Shown here: positions 27,214-37,785 of the stretch, in pieces
How the letters are laid out: every line of letters starts with the position of its first letter
Position numbering within the stretch: the first letter of the stretch is position 1
NCBI GenBank assembly: GCA_963666205.1
Contig: OY762654.1
Span: 2,464,001-2,528,000, forward strand
Reading direction: 5' to 3'
Source of the DNA: Synergistales bacterium
GTDB taxonomy: Bacteria; Synergistota; Synergistia; Synergistales; JAFGMB01
DNA length: 64,000 nucleotides
Position numbers and translations under genes: made by a program
Notes under the pieces: generated by a model
The model's database searches: none
Told to the model about the DNA's origin: nothing
What the model saw: the letters and a program-made list of their open reading frames with translations, nothing else

Positions 27214-27948
27214 ATGCCAGGTCTGATTGGAGAAGAGTTCATTAAAAGAACATGTTATGAATATCTGGAAGAATCTGACCAGTTCAAGGGTATCCCCCAG
27301 CCCCCCCTTGAGCTTAAAGGAGATCCGTCAAGAGAAAGGATATATCTTCCTCCCCCCGGAGATCTGAATACTGATGGAATTGACCTGAGAAGAGCCATTG
27401 AGGGGCGGATAAGCCTTCGTAGTTTCCGGAATATTCCTGTGTCACTTGAGGATCTGTCCTTACTCCTATGGTTTACCCAGGGGGTAAGGGAAAAACATCC
27501 CGAAGCAACTCTCAGAAACGTTCCCTCTGCAGGAGCGAGACATCCTCTGGAAACATACATGGTTATCAACAACGCAGAGGGACTCTCTCCCGGGCTTTAC
27601 AGGTTTCTTGCCATTGAGCATGAACTGGAAATTCTAGACCTGTCATCCCGGATAAAAAATGACATCTACATTGCCTGTCTTAAACAGGACTTTGTAAGGA
27701 AGTGTGCTGTACATTTCATCTGGGTTGCCCATATATATAGATCAGCATGGAGATATGATGAGAGGGCGTACAGATATGTTTTCCTCGATGCCGGTCACAC
27801 ATGCCAGAACCTTTATCTCGCTTCAGGTCTTGTCGGATGCGGTACTTGCGCGGTAGCAGCTTTTCATGACCAGTCCGTCTGTGATCTTCTGGGCATAGAC
27901 GGAAGAAGCCTTTTCCCGGTCTATATGGCCTCTGTGGGTAAAAAATAA
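27214..27948 (+). CDS. SagB/ThcOx-family nitroreductase-fold dehydrogenase
   Basis: R.S.R.F, PSAGARHPLE.Y, RY.ERAYRY..LDAGH..QNL.L motifs. Confidence 0.9.
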   Translation: MPGLIGEEFIKRTCYEYLEESDQFKGIPQPPLELKGDPSRERIYLPPPGDLNTDGIDLRRAIEGRISLRSFRNIPVSLEDLSLLLWFTQGVREKHPEATLRNVPSAGARHPLETYMVINNAEGLSPGLYRFLAIEHELEILDLSSRIKNDIYIACLKQDFVRKCAVHFIWVAHIYRSAWRYDERAYRYVFLDAGHTCQNLYLASGLVGCGTCAVAAFHDQSVCDLLGIDGRSLFPVYMASVGKK

Positions 27949-27971
27949 GGGAGGGGAAAATCCCCTCCCTT
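27947..27971. terminator. Bidirectional terminator between convergent genes
   Basis: AAGGGAGGGGA-aaa-TCCCCTCCCTT. Confidence 0.8.
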
Positions 27972-27989
27972 ATTCAGGGTCCCTATCTG

Positions 27990-28433
27990 TTATTCCTTTT
28001 TAGGTGGCTGGAATACCAGTACAGTACAGGGCGAATGTCTTACCACTTTTGCCGCCACGCTTCCGATAAAGAAACGTTCCAGGTCGCTGAGTCCTCTATG
28101 TCCTATCAGTATGGTGTCATAGTGTCCGTTTTCAGCAAAATTTATTATTTCTTCATATGGAGTTCCTGTTCTAACTGTGATCTCATAGGGAGTTTTGACT
28201 GTATCAGAAGCCTTTAATTCATCTTCTATGATCTTCGCATAATTTTCTTCCACCGCACTTTCTTTGGGAAGTTCGAATGAATATGGCATTCCTGAAGGAT
28301 CGAAGTAGGGCTTTTCTACTACATGGATGAATTCAAGCTGATCAAGGCCTTCCTTCCGGGCATACTGGAAGGCATACCTTATCAGAGCTCTGCTTACGTC
28401 ACTGGCGTCAATAGCAACAAGAGCCTTTTTCAT
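27990..28433 (-). CDS. Universal stress protein (UspA family), paralog of 21325-21771
   Basis: MKKALVAID.S, G.PYEEI, GHRGLSDL, FFIGSVAAKVVRHSPC motifs. Confidence 0.93.
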   Translation of the reverse strand: MKKALVAIDASDVSRALIRYAFQYARKEGLDQLEFIHVVEKPYFDPSGMPYSFELPKESAVEENYAKIIEDELKASDTVKTPYEITVRTGTPYEEIINFAENGHYDTILIGHRGLSDLERFFIGSVAAKVVRHSPCTVLVFQPPKKE

Positions 28434-28602
28434 GATTCTCTACCTCCTTTCGACCCATATTAGCTAACATTATACCACGGTAACTCGATAAATAAAGAGA
28501 TAGGCCTCTGGCACTGAAAGAGCTATCAGGAACTGGTGTTAATAAAATCTTCACCTTATAATTAATAAACTATCTTTTCTATTTTGAGGGGAATAAACAG
28601 TT

Positions 28603-28947
28603 ATGGGGAAAAAATTGATCTTTTCAGCCATTCTCATCATTGTAATTATGGGTCTTTTTTTTGAAAAAGAAATTGATAAACTTTTTCATACTGGCCCTTC
28701 AACTCCAGCTGGAGTTGAAGGGAAGGTTGGGAATACGTATAACATACCTGAAGATCCCGGCTGGATGGATGTTCTTGACCTCCTAAAAAGCGAGACCGTC
28801 AAAGAAAACGAAAATGGTTCTTTTGCCAGGGACCCTCTTGTTTATATCAGTGCTTTCTGGAAGGAGATAGTAAATGCGCCTTCGGATTCTTCCTTTTTTA
28901 CAAGGATAATTAAATTCCTGCTTGCTGTAAAAAATGCATCACAGTGA
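28603..28947 (+). CDS. Hypothetical protein with N-terminal TM/signal segment
   Basis: 114-aa ORF, RBS GAGGGG, directly upstream of buk. Confidence 0.6.
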   Translation: MGKKLIFSAILIIVIMGLFFEKEIDKLFHTGPSTPAGVEGKVGNTYNIPEDPGWMDVLDLLKSETVKENENGSFARDPLVYISAFWKEIVNAPSDSSFFTRIIKFLLAVKNASQ

Positions 28948-28971
28948 AGATAAAGGGGAGGATGAACCTTC

Positions 28972-30036
28972 ATGTTCAGTATATTGATCATCAATACTGG
29001 TTCTACATCCACAAAACTGGCCTTCTTTAAGGGGAGTACCTGTTTATGCAGGGAGGATATATCCCATTCTGCAGTAGATATTTCTTCCTTTCCTGATATT
29101 TTCGATCAATACGAATACCGTATGAGAGCTGTCAGGGATTTTCTTACACGAAATAATATCGTTCTCTCGGAGATATCAGCCATTGCTGCCAGGGGCGGCC
29201 ATACCATACCCATTGAAGGAGGGGTTTACAGAATAACTCCCAAGATGCTTTCCCAGATATCAAGTGGCAGTTTCGGGAGACATCCCTGTGATCTCAGCAG
29301 TGCCATAGCATTTGAACTTGCTGAAGGTAATAATATTATTCCCCTTGTTGTAGATCCTCCGGTTACAGATGAATTCCATTCCTTAGCCAGATTATCAGGT
29401 CTTCCTTCCATCAGCAGGAGAAGCCGGTTCCATGCACTTAATCTCAAAGCTGTTGCCAGGAAGGTCGCATATGAACTTGGAAAAGACCTTTCAGAAGTTA
29501 ACCTTATAGGTGTACATATGGGAGGGGGTATCTCTGTCTGTGCATGTAGAAAGGGAAGAATGGTCGACTGCAACAATGCTTTGGATGGGGATGGGCCCTA
29601 TTCTCCAGAACGTTCAGGAGGTCTTCCGGTATGGGATCTTGTAGAGCTCTGTTTTTCAGGAAGATCAAGTCGTGAAGGATTGCGCAGGATGCTGGTCGGA
29701 GAGGGCGGTTTAGTGGCATATCTTGGAAGCAAGGATGTAAAACAGATAGAAGAGATGATACTCAGGGGAGACGGGAGAGCAAAAACAGTTCTTGAGGGAA
29801 TGGCTTACCAGGTTGCTAAAGAAGTGGGAGCCATGGCCACAGTACTTGAAGGTAAGGTAGATGCTGTTTATATTACTGGTGGAATAGCCCGGTCGACTAT
29901 GGTGAAGGATTGGATCCTGAACAGAATTTCTTTTATTGCTCCTTTTTTTACCTTTCCCGGTGAATTTGAAATGGAAGCTCTGGCTTCGGGAGCTATAAGG
30001 ATATTGGAAGGAAAGGAAAGGATCAGGGAACTTTAG
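28972..30036 (+). CDS. buk: Butyrate (branched-chain carboxylic acid) kinase
   Basis: IN.GSTSTK, ARGG, VDP...DE, FHALN.KA, HMGGG.SV, GP.SPERSG, PGE.EMEALA motifs. Confidence 0.93.
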   Translation: MFSILIINTGSTSTKLAFFKGSTCLCREDISHSAVDISSFPDIFDQYEYRMRAVRDFLTRNNIVLSEISAIAARGGHTIPIEGGVYRITPKMLSQISSGSFGRHPCDLSSAIAFELAEGNNIIPLVVDPPVTDEFHSLARLSGLPSISRRSRFHALNLKAVARKVAYELGKDLSEVNLIGVHMGGGISVCACRKGRMVDCNNALDGDGPYSPERSGGLPVWDLVELCFSGRSSREGLRRMLVGEGGLVAYLGSKDVKQIEEMILRGDGRAKTVLEGMAYQVAKEVGAMATVLEGKVDAVYITGGIARSTMVKDWILNRISFIAPFFTFPGEFEMEALASGAIRILEGKERIREL

Positions 30037-30146
30037 CTATTATTCAGAAATCCTGCTGAAGAATAGCCATATATCAGGAGGTGTATATAATGGGTGGTTC
30101 AACTACTGGACATAGACCAGATTGTACCAATTCTCCAGAAGGAACA

Positions 30147-31946
30147 ATGAAGACCTTTGATCAACAGGATTTGCTACCCTGTCTTCCCGTTCCAGAACTG
30201 AAAGATACCTGTGGTAAATTTCTTGATTGGATGGCTCCTTTACTTAGTGAGGATGAATGGAAAGAAACACTCCAGGCAGTATCCGATTTCACTCTTGAAG
30301 ATGGAGATGGAGAGAAATTACAAAAGAAACTTTCAGAATGGTCTTGCGGAGAGGAAATATGTAACTGGCTGGAACCTTTCTGGTACAGCCATTATCTGAA
30401 GGACAGACTGCCCATAGTAATAAACAGCAATGTCTTTTTCATGCTCCTGGATAAAGCACCATCAGCTTCTTTAACCCAGTCGGAAAGAGCTGCAGATATT
30501 GTCGATGCAGTGTTAAGATTTCAGGAGATGATTGTTGCTGAAAACCTGCCATGTGATCGCGAGAAAGATTGCCCCCTTTGTATGAGCCAGTTTTCAAGAA
30601 TATTTTCAACAGCAAGAGTTCCGGAGGTGGGTCAGGATCGATTAAGAACTCCATGTTGTTCCGAGGGCCCTACACCTTACAGGGCTGATAATATTATCAT
30701 TATTCGCCAGGGCCATATTTTCACTTTGAAAGTTATGGACGAATCTGGATATGTAAAGTCTCCGAAATTGATAAGGAGAACCCTGGACAGGATTCTTTCT
30801 TCCCATCTGGCCCCCTTGTCTGATGGAGAATGCGTTGGAGCGCTTACCTCCATGAACAGGGATGAATGGGCTGAAGTCAGGGTGAAGCTTATTGAATCTG
30901 ACAGTTCAAATTTATCTCTTCTCAGGGAGATAGAAGATGCTCTCTGTGTGATCTGTTTTGATGATATTGTTCCGGCCTCCAGAGGAGAAGCCTCCAGGAT
31001 AATGCTTCACGGTGATGCCAGGAACAGGTGGTACGATAAATCAATTGAGTTCATAGTTTGTAGAGATGGAACTGCAGCAATTAATTATGAACATTCCTCC
31101 ATAGATGGTTCTTCAGTAGTCAGCCTTACAGGTTTTATATATGAACATAAAACTGTAGCAGGTAAAGAAAATGAAAGACCTGATGGGATTCTTGATTACA
31201 AAGAATTAAAATTTGTTCTTTCTCCGGAGATAAAAGCCGCCATTAAGAAAGCTTGTATTGATTTCGATGCCTTTGCAAAGGACACCTCTGTCAGGGTCCT
31301 TGATTTTATGCATTTTGGAAAGGATCGCATCAAGACTTTCAAGTTAAGCCCTGATGGTTTTGTTCAGATGGGTATTCAGCTTGCTTCATATAAGCTGTGG
31401 GGGAAACCATGTACTTCATATGAGCCTGTTGCGACCAGGCGTTTCCTTCATGGAAGAACCGAGGCAATGCGTCCTGTTACCAGGGAGTCGGTAGAATTTA
31501 CATTTAAAATGATGGATCCAGCTCTATCCGACGAAGAGAAGGCAGATGCATTGCGGGCTGCAGTTAAAAAACATGTATCAAGGATGAAGGAATGCAAGGA
31601 GGGCAGAGGAGTGGATCGGCATCTTCTAGGTCTTAAGAATATGTATTACCTTTTTGGTAAAGAACTTGGAATATCAGGATTGCCTTCACTTTTCAGATCT
31701 CCGGGATACATCAGGCTATGCCACAATACTGTATCTACAAGTACGAGTGGTCATGCCGGGCTTTCCCTATGCGGGTTTGGACCGGTAGTGAATGATGGTT
31801 TCGGAGTAAGATACCTTACCAAACCGGATCAGTTGAACATCAATCTTTCCAGCCGGGCAGTGATGGAAGAAAAACTTGATAAGTTTACTGCTTATCTTGA
31901 AGAGTCATATCTTGAAATGGCTGATCTGATGGAGCGGATAAAATAA
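30147..31946 (+). CDS. Choline/carnitine O-acyltransferase family protein
   Basis: LP.LPVPEL..T, NWL..FW...YL..R.P...NSN, PLCMSQF..IF.T.R.P, NRWYDK, EHS..DG (catalytic His), SPDGFVQ, YE...TR.F.HGRTE, G.GVDRHL.GL, STS, GFGPV..DG.G motifs. Confidence 0.93.
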   Translation: MKTFDQQDLLPCLPVPELKDTCGKFLDWMAPLLSEDEWKETLQAVSDFTLEDGDGEKLQKKLSEWSCGEEICNWLEPFWYSHYLKDRLPIVINSNVFFMLLDKAPSASLTQSERAADIVDAVLRFQEMIVAENLPCDREKDCPLCMSQFSRIFSTARVPEVGQDRLRTPCCSEGPTPYRADNIIIIRQGHIFTLKVMDESGYVKSPKLIRRTLDRILSSHLAPLSDGECVGALTSMNRDEWAEVRVKLIESDSSNLSLLREIEDALCVICFDDIVPASRGEASRIMLHGDARNRWYDKSIEFIVCRDGTAAINYEHSSIDGSSVVSLTGFIYEHKTVAGKENERPDGILDYKELKFVLSPEIKAAIKKACIDFDAFAKDTSVRVLDFMHFGKDRIKTFKLSPDGFVQMGIQLASYKLWGKPCTSYEPVATRRFLHGRTEAMRPVTRESVEFTFKMMDPALSDEEKADALRAAVKKHVSRMKECKEGRGVDRHLLGLKNMYYLFGKELGISGLPSLFRSPGYIRLCHNTVSTSTSGHAGLSLCGFGPVVNDGFGVRYLTKPDQLNINLSSRAVMEEKLDKFTAYLEESYLEMADLMERIK

Positions 31947-31948
31947 AA

Positions 31949-31978
31949 TCCAGTCTTTCCTGATCCGGGAAGATTGGA
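31949..31978. terminator. Hairpin between convergent genes
   Basis: TCCAGTCTTTCC-tgatcc-GGGAAGATTGGA (with G-U pairs). Confidence 0.55.
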
Positions 31979-31995
31979 GGAAAGCCCCGGGCCCT

Positions 31996-32661
31996 TTATT
32001 TGATAAGGCCCGGGATCTCAAGCTTTTTCTCCAGCATTCCCAGGAGTTTTGATGCTATGGTGACCAGCATCAGGTAGATAAACCCTATCACCAGAAAGAC
32101 GAAGGTGAATCTGAAGTATCTGGAAGCAACTATCTTGCCTGCTCCCGTCAGTTCTATGCAGGTAAGCATATAGGCGAGGGAAGAGTACTTGATCAGGTAG
32201 ATGATCTCGTTTGAAATACCTGGAACAGCCCTTCTCATGGCCTGGGGCAGTATTATGTTAATTATCGCCTGACGCCTTGTCATGCCCAGGGCAAGAGCTG
32301 CTCTCATCTGACCGTATTTTACAGATTGGATAGCTCCTCTGATATATTCAGAATTGTAGGCACCATTACAGATCACAAACCCGATAACAGCTGCGCAGAA
32401 AGGGCTGAAGGATATGCCTATGGAAGGCAGTCCGAAATAGATTATGAACAGTAACATAAGGAGAGGACAGCCCTTAAAGATGATCACGTACACTCTGCAG
32501 AGAAAAGAGATATACCTGTTTCCGTATACTCTTCCTGTGGCAATAAGTATCCCTGTAACGAACCCGAAGGGAATGGAGCATATTATCAGCTTCAGCGTAA
32601 CTACAAGGCCTTCCAGCAGAGGGGGGAGGAGAACATCCTTAAGAAAAGGCATATCCATCAT
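31996..32661 (-). CDS. Polar amino-acid ABC transporter permease
   Basis: [22 protein letters not shown] and ILPQA motifs. Confidence 0.93.
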   Translation of the reverse strand: MMDMPFLKDVLLPPLLEGLVVTLKLIICSIPFGFVTGILIATGRVYGNRYISFLCRVYVIIFKGCPLLMLLFIIYFGLPSIGISFSPFCAAVIGFVICNGAYNSEYIRGAIQSVKYGQMRAALALGMTRRQAIINIILPQAMRRAVPGISNEIIYLIKYSSLAYMLTCIELTGAGKIVASRYFRFTFVFLVIGFIYLMLVTIASKLLGMLEKKLEIPGLIK

Positions 32662-33446
32662 TCTTCATCACCCAGTTTATACAGCTCACTCAGCCTGGAG
32701 AGGAATTGTTTCGTCCGCTCAAATCTGGGGTTGTTAACGAGCTTTTGGGGAGGGCCGCTCTCGAGGATCCTTCCCTTTTCCATGAATATGATCTCATTAG
32801 CCACGGAATATGCGAATCCTATCTCATGGGTAACCACAAGCATGGTCATTCCCCTGAGTGCCAGTTTTTTCATTACTTCAAGCACTTCACCTGTCAGTTC
32901 CGGATCCAGAGCTGAAGTAGGTTCGTCAAAGAGCATTACATCCGGATCCATAGCTAGTGCTCTGGCTATGGATACCCTCTGTGCCTGCCCTCCCGATAGT
33001 TCTGCAGGGTAAAGCCCTGCTTGAGCTTCCATACCGACCTGCCTGAGCTCCTCCATTGCTTTTTCAGTGGCCTCTTTCTTCTTCATTCCCCTGACTTTGA
33101 TCAGAGAGATTTCCACGTTCTTTATCGCGGTCAGATGATCGAAGAGATTGAAGTTCTGGAAAACCATGCCCATCTTCTGGCGGTAAATGTTGATGTTCTT
33201 CCCTGAATGGGTCACTTCCTCTCCATGCAGCCACACCCGTCCCCTGTCGGGAAGGGTAAGCTGATTGATACAGCGTAGGAGAGTGCTTTTGCCGGTTCCG
33301 CTTGGGCCTATAAAAACCTTTGTCTGCCCCTTCTGGACTTCGAAGGTAACGCCTTTAAGAACTTCTGTATCTCCATAGGATTTATGTATATCTTCAACTT
33401 TCAGGATCAAATTGTCTTCTGTTTTCATGGGGTCATCTTTCTCCAT
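32658..33446 (-). CDS. Polar amino-acid ABC transporter ATP-binding protein (GlnQ-like)
   Basis: [37 protein letters not shown] motifs. Confidence 0.95.
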   Translation of the reverse strand: MEKDDPMKTEDNLILKVEDIHKSYGDTEVLKGVTFEVQKGQTKVFIGPSGTGKSTLLRCINQLTLPDRGRVWLHGEEVTHSGKNINIYRQKMGMVFQNFNLFDHLTAIKNVEISLIKVRGMKKKEATEKAMEELRQVGMEAQAGLYPAELSGGQAQRVSIARALAMDPDVMLFDEPTSALDPELTGEVLEVMKKLALRGMTMLVVTHEIGFAYSVANEIIFMEKGRILESGPPQKLVNNPRFERTKQFLSRLSELYKLGDEE

Positions 33447-34110
33447 TTCCGAATCCTGGTATACGTACTTTCTGCTCCAGGAGGTGAATTATTTTCATTC
33501 CTCCATAATTCAGAAGTATAAATATCACTGCACAGGTCAGGTATAGAGGCATGGGTTTATAGGTTCTTGAAACCACAAGGTTGCCCCTGGTAAGTATTTC
33601 CATAACACCTATGGCATAGGTTACGGCAGAATCTGTAAGAAGAATGGGATATTCGTTAGACCAGCCTGGGAGGGCTATCCTCAACGCCTGGGGGAGGATT
33701 ATGTTCATGATGGCTTTGGCTTTACTCATTCCCAGGGACCGGGCAGCAAGCATCTGTCCTTCACCCAGGGATTGTATGGCTCCCCTGAAAACCTGGGACT
33801 GGTAGGCCGAACTGCGAAGTCCAAGGGCGAGCACCGCGATCATAAAGGCTGAAACATTCAACCCCAGAAGGGGAAAGAGGCCAAAATAAAAAAGGAACAG
33901 AAGGACCAGGTTAGGCAGTCCCCTGAAGAACCAGACATAAAGTGATATAGACCCAGATATCCACCTGTTTCCGTATACTTGTCCCACCGCAAGAGAGAGA
34001 CCTATCACCAGACCCAGGAATAGAGCCTCAAGTACCAGACCCATGGTTACTGCCAATCCCTGAAGAATAAAAGGGAGAGCCTTTATCACCACTGTAATGT
34101 TTTCAGACAT
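33433..34110 (-). CDS. Polar amino-acid ABC transporter permease
   Basis: FRG.P.LV.LF, AY....FRGAIQS...GQ..AA.SLGM, ILPQALR motifs. Confidence 0.93.
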   Translation of the reverse strand: MSENITVVIKALPFILQGLAVTMGLVLEALFLGLVIGLSLAVGQVYGNRWISGSISLYVWFFRGLPNLVLLFLFYFGLFPLLGLNVSAFMIAVLALGLRSSAYQSQVFRGAIQSLGEGQMLAARSLGMSKAKAIMNIILPQALRIALPGWSNEYPILLTDSAVTYAIGVMEILTRGNLVVSRTYKPMPLYLTCAVIFILLNYGGMKIIHLLEQKVRIPGFGNGER

Positions 34111-34130
34111 GAAATTCCACCTTGTCAAAC

Positions 34131-34166
34131 AAAAGCAGGGGATAGGTTGAAACTTCCTTCCCCTGC
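34131..34166 (-). terminator. Intra-operon hairpin/terminator after the substrate-binding protein gene
   Basis: GCAGGGGA...TCCCCTGC stem, followed by TTTT on the minus strand. Confidence 0.55.
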
Positions 34167-34209
34167 CAGGATTCTAATAGTAGGTTATTGTTTAGAATTG
34201 TTCAAGTTG

Positions 34210-34968
34210 TTACATGTCGTATTTTTCTTTAAGTTCCAGCCATTTCGGAGATTTCATGAGCATTGAAAGCCCATCGTTGACCATCTTCTGAAGTTCCGTA
34301 TCTTCTTTTCTCATTGCAACGGCATAGTCCTCTCCGGTGCTTATGGTGCCTATGATCTTCATGTCCTTTCCTTCTATGGCCTTTTCGATCATGATATCAT
34401 CGAACATAACCGATTCCACCCGCCCATTTTCAAGATCCTTGATGGAAAGAGGGAAATTGTCGTAAAGTTTCAGATCATCTTTTGAGAGAAATCCTCCCTT
34501 TACAAGATTATCTTCAAGCCACATAGCTGCTGTAGTTCCCCTCTGGGTACCTACCTTGTTTTTTCCGGCAAGGGCCGTGATCATATTAAGATCCGAATCT
34601 CTTCTTACACATATAGCCTGATTTACTACCCAGTAAATATCAGAGAAAGCTACTACCTTTCTTCTTTCTTCGGAGGCTGTCATTCCTGAATAGATAAGGT
34701 CTATCTTTTTAGCCAGAAGAGCTGGTATGATCCCATCCCATGCTACAGGCTTAACTTCAACTTCAAAACCCATTTTTTCAGCTATCCATTGAACAGATTC
34801 CACGTCAAAGCCAGTGGGTTTCCCGTCTTCACCGATGAATGAGTATGGGGGATAGTCACCATCAATACCGACGACATACTTTTCCGCTGCAATAGCTGAA
34901 CCCGCAAAGACCATACCTGCCATAACCAAAGAACAGAGCGCTAGAAACAATACCTTTTTCCCTTTCAT
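34210..34968 (-). CDS. Polar amino-acid ABC transporter substrate-binding protein
   Basis: Signal peptide; YPPY, GFDV, WDGIIPAL..KKID, MT..EER..VV.FS, G.QRGTT motifs. Confidence 0.93.
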   Translation of the reverse strand: MKGKKVLFLALCSLVMAGMVFAGSAIAAEKYVVGIDGDYPPYSFIGEDGKPTGFDVESVQWIAEKMGFEVEVKPVAWDGIIPALLAKKIDLIYSGMTASEERRKVVAFSDIYWVVNQAICVRRDSDLNMITALAGKNKVGTQRGTTAAMWLEDNLVKGGFLSKDDLKLYDNFPLSIKDLENGRVESVMFDDIMIEKAIEGKDMKIIGTISTGEDYAVAMRKEDTELQKMVNDGLSMLMKSPKWLELKEKYDM

Positions 34969-35279
34969 GATAACCTCCTGTTATTGTATTGGTATTTCTA
35001 CTGGAAAAGTAAGGAGCCCGGAGAGACTCCTTTTAACATCAGGGTAATGATATAACCAGGAAAATTGAGTCTATTCATCATGCTAAACTGATAGAATAGA
35101 ACCGAGGCAAGATTATATCGAGAAAACAGGACGGTGTCAACAGCAGAACATAATAGTCAGATTTCTTTTTTTGGAACCAGTTCTTTCTGCCCAGGATATA
35201 GGAATTCTGCTAAAATCTGATCTGGCCATAAGCATATTCTGTCTTGATTCTCTAGTCGCATTAAAGGAAAATAATTCTT

Positions 35280-36152
35280 ATGATGAAAAAATGCTTTATC
35301 CTGATAATGTTGATATCAAGCATTAATCTTATATGCTCAGCGAGTACTCTTGATGCTTATCCACCAGTGAATATGGAAAGGATCAATACCATCCCGGATC
35401 TTTTACAGACCCATTGGAAGGGACACTTTGACCTTGGAGGTTTTTTTCATTGCGGACCGGTTGCTGCTTCCAATTCTTTTGCCTGGTTCTATCTGATCGG
35501 ATACAGGAATATTTTGCCCGGAGTTTCTGATGTTAATAGCGAACAGATAGCACTGGCTAAAAAACTCGGATCCTACCTGTATATGAACACAGAGTTCAGT
35601 AAAGGCGGGACGACTGCTGAAGGTCTAGTAATGGGGATTGAAAAATATATTTCAGAATGCGGTTACAGGAATTCGACTGTAACTTATGCAGGATGGGATA
35701 CTTTTCACACGAAATATTCAGATCCAGTCCGGATTCCTGATATGACTTTTATCAAGAATGGTTTTGAAAATGCCGGTTCTGTTCTTCTGAATATAGGCTG
35801 GTATGTTTATGATCCAAAGGCAGAAACTTATAACCGGAAAAGTGGCCATTGGGTTACTCTTGCTGGATATGGCATGGATATTTCCGGTCATGTCTGTCCG
35901 GACATCCTGGTAATTCATGATCCTGCGCCATGGGCTGGAAAAGATTTCCAGAATCATTATGTCAGATTTGAAACTATTGATAAAGGAGTACTTGAAGGGC
36001 CTTTTAAGGGACTTCCTGTCGATGGAGGAGGGTTTCTCATTGCCCGTCAGGGTCTTCCAAAGCCAACAGAAAGAGTTATTGGTATTATAGAGGGAGCAGT
36101 TGTCATAAAGATGGAAATACAGTTCCCTTTTTTGAAAAACAGGATAAATTAG
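35280..36152 (+). CDS. Secreted hypothetical protein, possibly a papain-fold (C39-like) cysteine peptidase
   Basis: Signal peptide; CGPVAASN (Cys), GHWVTL.GY (His), IHDP (Asp) in papain-like order. Confidence 0.6.
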   Translation: MMKKCFILIMLISSINLICSASTLDAYPPVNMERINTIPDLLQTHWKGHFDLGGFFHCGPVAASNSFAWFYLIGYRNILPGVSDVNSEQIALAKKLGSYLYMNTEFSKGGTTAEGLVMGIEKYISECGYRNSTVTYAGWDTFHTKYSDPVRIPDMTFIKNGFENAGSVLLNIGWYVYDPKAETYNRKSGHWVTLAGYGMDISGHVCPDILVIHDPAPWAGKDFQNHYVRFETIDKGVLEGPFKGLPVDGGGFLIARQGLPKPTERVIGIIEGAVVIKMEIQFPFLKNRIN

Positions 36153-36204
36153 TTGACCAAGGATATATAATAGTCGAGCTTATAGAAGTTTTTCGAGGTG
36201 TCTG

Positions 36205-37245
36205 ATGGATAGATTTCGTGTTCTTGTTTTTCTTATTGCCATAATAGCCCTTGTTGCTGCAGGAGTTGTCCTTAAGGCTGCCAAGGGGGTAATTCTCCCC
36301 CTGATATTTGCCTGGCTTCTTTCCTACCTTTTTACCCCTATTGTACGTTTCATGGAGAAAAAGAAGGTTCCCACCTTTCTCACTATCATCGTTATACTGG
36401 CCCTTTTTCTTGGATTCTGTACTTTAGGTGTTTTCTTTATGAACACAAGGATCCTTGCTTTTGCTTCTGCCTATCCCCGTTATTACGACAGCCTCATATC
36501 TCTGGCCCAGTCCCTGACAGCCAATCTTGATATACCGGCAGAATTCTGGAGCGGTATAAACTGGGGACAGAGAATAGGAGCGTATCTTCTGAGCCTTTCC
36601 GGTTCACTGGTTTCCCTGCTTTCCAACCTTGTTCTGGTGATCATATTCATGGTGTTTATTCTTTCCGGTGCTCCCTATTACAAATATAAGGTTAGAAAGG
36701 CTTTTTCAGAAACCAATACCAATATGGTCATTAACATAATCGAAACCATATCAACTGATATAAGCCGCTATCTGACACTTCAGTTCTTCATAAGTGCCGT
36801 TACCGGTTTTCTTTTCTGGGTTGTTCTTGAGATCGCTGGAGTGGACTTCGCCATAACCTGGGGAGTATTTACATTTGTTCTGAACTTTATTCCTACCATT
36901 GGCTCGATCATAGCAACCATTCCCCCCATACTTCTGGCAGTTGTACAGTTTTATCCCAGCCCCGTTCCCGCTGTTGTCATAACTGTCCTGCTTGTTGCTA
37001 TTCAGCAGGTCATGGGAAACGTATTATCTCCAAAGATCATGGGAGATGAACTGAATCTCAGCCCGGTAGTGATTCTTGTTTCTCTCCTTTTCTGGGGATG
37101 GCTGTGGGGAATAGTAGGAGCGCTTCTTTCCGTTCCAATGCTTTCTGTAATAAAGATAGTCTGTGAAAATATACCTCCTCTTCACCCCATAAGTGTGATG
37201 ATGGGTTCAGGGAAGGCCTATCGCAGAGAATTTAAGAACAAGTAG
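36205..37245 (+). CDS. AI-2E (UPF0118/PerM) family transporter
   Basis: LNFIP.IGS, GN.L.PKIMG..LNLSP.V.L.SL.FWG.LWG.VGA.L.VP motifs. Confidence 0.92.
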   Translation: MDRFRVLVFLIAIIALVAAGVVLKAAKGVILPLIFAWLLSYLFTPIVRFMEKKKVPTFLTIIVILALFLGFCTLGVFFMNTRILAFASAYPRYYDSLISLAQSLTANLDIPAEFWSGINWGQRIGAYLLSLSGSLVSLLSNLVLVIIFMVFILSGAPYYKYKVRKAFSETNTNMVINIIETISTDISRYLTLQFFISAVTGFLFWVVLEIAGVDFAITWGVFTFVLNFIPTIGSIIATIPPILLAVVQFYPSPVPAVVITVLLVAIQQVMGNVLSPKIMGDELNLSPVVILVSLLFWGWLWGIVGALLSVPMLSVIKIVCENIPPLHPISVMMGSGKAYRREFKNK

Positions 37246-37251
37246 ATCCTT

Positions 37252-37785
37252 TCAGTCAAGAAGCCCGAGATATCGGGCTTCTTCTTTTTCTAGAAAAATT
37301 TCAAGGTCATCATCCAGAAAATGAACTACAAGAGCTGTATTCCCCGCCCAATCATTTATTTCTCTTTCCATATAACGTTTGCCGGAGGGGGATTCTCTTA
37401 TCAACCATCCTGCCTGCCTTGCATAACTTTCACTTACCCTGTTTCCCAGTACAGGAGAAAATCTTCTGAAGGAGAATCCTGTAAGTTTAAGCATTGAGTA
37501 GGAAACTCTGCTGTAAAGCAAGCCTGCTTTCCCATATTCATTGACTGAAAAAGCGTTATAGCTCCCTTCGTCAGAAGGTTCCTTTATCTCGTTGATGACC
37601 TCGTTCCTTGTCATTCCGAAAAAAACCCGTGGAAGGTCTTCCCATTTATTCTGGAACAGAAGATAGGATCGGAATTCTTTTACAGGAAAATCTGTTTTTT
37701 TCTTAAAAAAGGCAAAAGCATATACAGTCTGAGCCGAAATTGTGATCAGAGTAGTTATCAGCAACCATGAAAGGATCTTCTTCAT
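37252..37785 (-). CDS. Secreted hypothetical protein
   Basis: Start at MKKILSWLL after GGAGG, with a signal peptide. The track start at 37992 is probably too long. Confidence 0.65.
   Translation of the reverse strand: MKKILSWLLITTLITISAQTVYAFAFFKKKTDFPVKEFRSYLLFQNKWEDLPRVFFGMTRNEVINEIKEPSDEGSYNAFSVNEYGKAGLLYSRVSYSMLKLTGFSFRRFSPVLGNRVSESYARQAGWLIRESPSGKRYMEREINDWAGNTALVVHFLDDDLEIFLEKEEARYLGLLD

Noticed and set aside
27214-27948. SagB/ThcOx dehydrogenase as a sign of a RiPP (azole peptide) cluster
   Set aside because: No YcaO, precursor peptide or dedicated exporter nearby; stand-alone members are common in anaerobes.
21325-28433. Two similar usp genes as a recent duplication
   Set aside because: Similarity is mainly at the termini and the middles are diverged; these are ordinary old paralogs.
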